A DNA stretch of 64,000 bases, from IMG/VR virus record IMGVR_UViG_3300028888_000047, positions 128,001 to 192,000 of that record; one strand, written 5' to 3'. Source of the stretch: a virus (Duplodnaviria > Caudoviricetes). Shown here piece by piece: positions 63,014-64,000 of the stretch (position 1 is the first letter of the stretch; each line of letters starts with the position of its first letter). The notes beneath the pieces were generated by a model. That model was not told the DNA's origin and searched no databases. It saw only the letters and a list, made by a program, of their open reading frames with translations. The position numbers and the translations under genes are program-made.

Positions 63014-64000
63014 TTAACTAAAATTTTCTTCCTTCTTCAATTCTTCCAATAACTTCCTTTCATTATCGTTAATTTTCTTTGGCATTATAATTCTCACCTC
63101 ACCAAACATATCACCATATTCATTACTTCCATATTTAGGCATTCCATATCCGCCAAATCTCATTATATACCCATCTGACGTTCCACTTGGTATTTTCGCT
63201 TTAAGCTTTTTACCATTAATTGTTTCGACGGTTACTTCACAACCAAGTAAAGCATCAACCACAGGAACATCTATATATGTTTCAAGATTATTACCATCCC
63301 TTGTGAACTTTTCGTTTTCATTCTTGTCAAACAAATCTATCACAAGATTTCCAAATTGGCCTTTCATCTTGGATGGCGCATGACCAAATCCATGCACGGT
63401 TAACTGCATCCCTTGAAATGCTCCTTTTGGTATGTCAATTTCAACTTCTTGTACCGTATCACAAACACCATTTCCGCCACATTTTGGACATGGATTTGTT
63501 GTTACCTTTCCTGAGCCACCGCAATAATGACACGTTGTTATCTGTTGAAAAAAACCATTGTTTGAATATAACTTACCTGTACCGCCACAATGTTTACATC
63601 TTTCTACTTTACTATCTTTTGTTGTTCCATTTCCGCCACAAACTTCACACTTGTTATTTCTGTGATATTTGATTTTCTTCTTAATGCCATAATACATTTC
63701 TTTCAATGAAAGCCGCATCTTAAGCCTTATATTAGCTCCTCGTTGAACTATATTAACGTTATGGCTAAAACCTCCCATTCCGCCAAATCCAAAACTGTTT
63801 AAAATTTCATCAATGTTGAAATTGTTAAAATCAAAACCGGAGTTAAAGTTAACTCCTCCAGTCATTGGGTTGTCATATTCTTGCCTTTTTTTCTCATCAC
63901 TAAGAACTGAGTACGCTTCTGCTGCATCTTTGAATTTTTCCTCAGCTTGTTTATTACCCGGGTTTTTATCCGGGTGGTTCTCAAGGCAAATTTTCCTATA
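63014..64000 (-). CDS. dnaJ: Chaperone DnaJ (5' end beyond window)
   Basis: HPDKNPG J-domain in frame near 63970, G/F region, four CxxCxGxG repeats. Confidence 0.93.
   Translation of the reverse strand, partial: YRKICLENHPDKNPGNKQAEEKFKDAAEAYSVLSDEKKRQEYDNPMTGGVNFNSGFDFNNFNIDEILNSFGFGGMGGFSHNVNIVQRGANIRLKMRLSLKEMYYGIKKKIKYHRNNKCEVCGGNGTTKDSKVERCKHCGGTGKLYSNNGFFQQITTCHYCGGSGKVTTNPCPKCGGNGVCDTVQEVEIDIPKGAFQGMQLTVHGFGHAPSKMKGQFGNLVIDLFDKNENEKFTRDGNNLETYIDVPVVDALLGCEVTVETINGKKLKAKIPSGTSDGYIMRFGGYGMPKYGSNEYGDMFGEVRIIMPKKINDNERKLLEELKKEENFS

Noticed and set aside
352-63672. Numerous plus-strand ORFs in the six-frame track (for example 3421..4074, 5642..6211, 55469..55930)
   Set aside because: They are antisense shadows of well-supported minus-strand genes or tRNAs and have no motifs. 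Only 58302..58775 is credible.
63014-63865. DnaJ lacking a J-domain
   Set aside because: Artefact of the window edge: the frame continues upstream and contains HPDKNPG near 63970.
1-64000. Window-wide TAG-to-Gln recoding as in Lak phages
   Set aside because: Conserved genes are full length in code 11 and several end at TAG right next to the following gene. Recoding elsewhere in the genome is not excluded.

Overview
This is an AT-rich, almost entirely minus-strand 64-kb segment of a jumbo/mega bacteriophage. The host is inferred to be Bacteroidetes (Prevotella/Bacteroides-like), from about 25 TTTG-N~20-TAnnTTTG promoters, a GEN...AA tmRNA tag and Bacteroidetes-type OmpA/lipoproteins. The window is a translation and RNA-maintenance region. 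It holds about 28 tRNA genes (including an amber suppressor), tmRNA, an orphaned group I tRNA intron, a CCA-adding enzyme, TyrRS, IF-3, a Pth2-like protein, an RlmN-like radical SAM enzyme, a sigma factor, DnaJ, SSB, NadE, CoaD, a Tad2-like protein, TelA, six DNA methyltransferases and two homing-type endonucleases. The most striking unannotated signals are: (1) about 13 dispersed small RNAs sharing a covarying terminal stem with a bulged ACAGCAA motif, carrying circularly permuted tRNA mimics, acceptor-less tRNA mimics or bare anticodon loops (Y-RNA-like), with a Ro60/TROVE-like vWA (DUF2828) gene in the same window; (2) two leader-peptide attenuators whose amino-acid content mirrors the tRNA genes downstream of each; (3) an amber-codon-containing leader with an arrest-like motif that could gate a Pth-like operon ending in the amber suppressor tRNA; (4) tRNAs with compensatory rewiring of the normally invariant G19-C56 and U54-A58 elbow pairs. 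All calls are from manual reading; no searches or folding programs were run.
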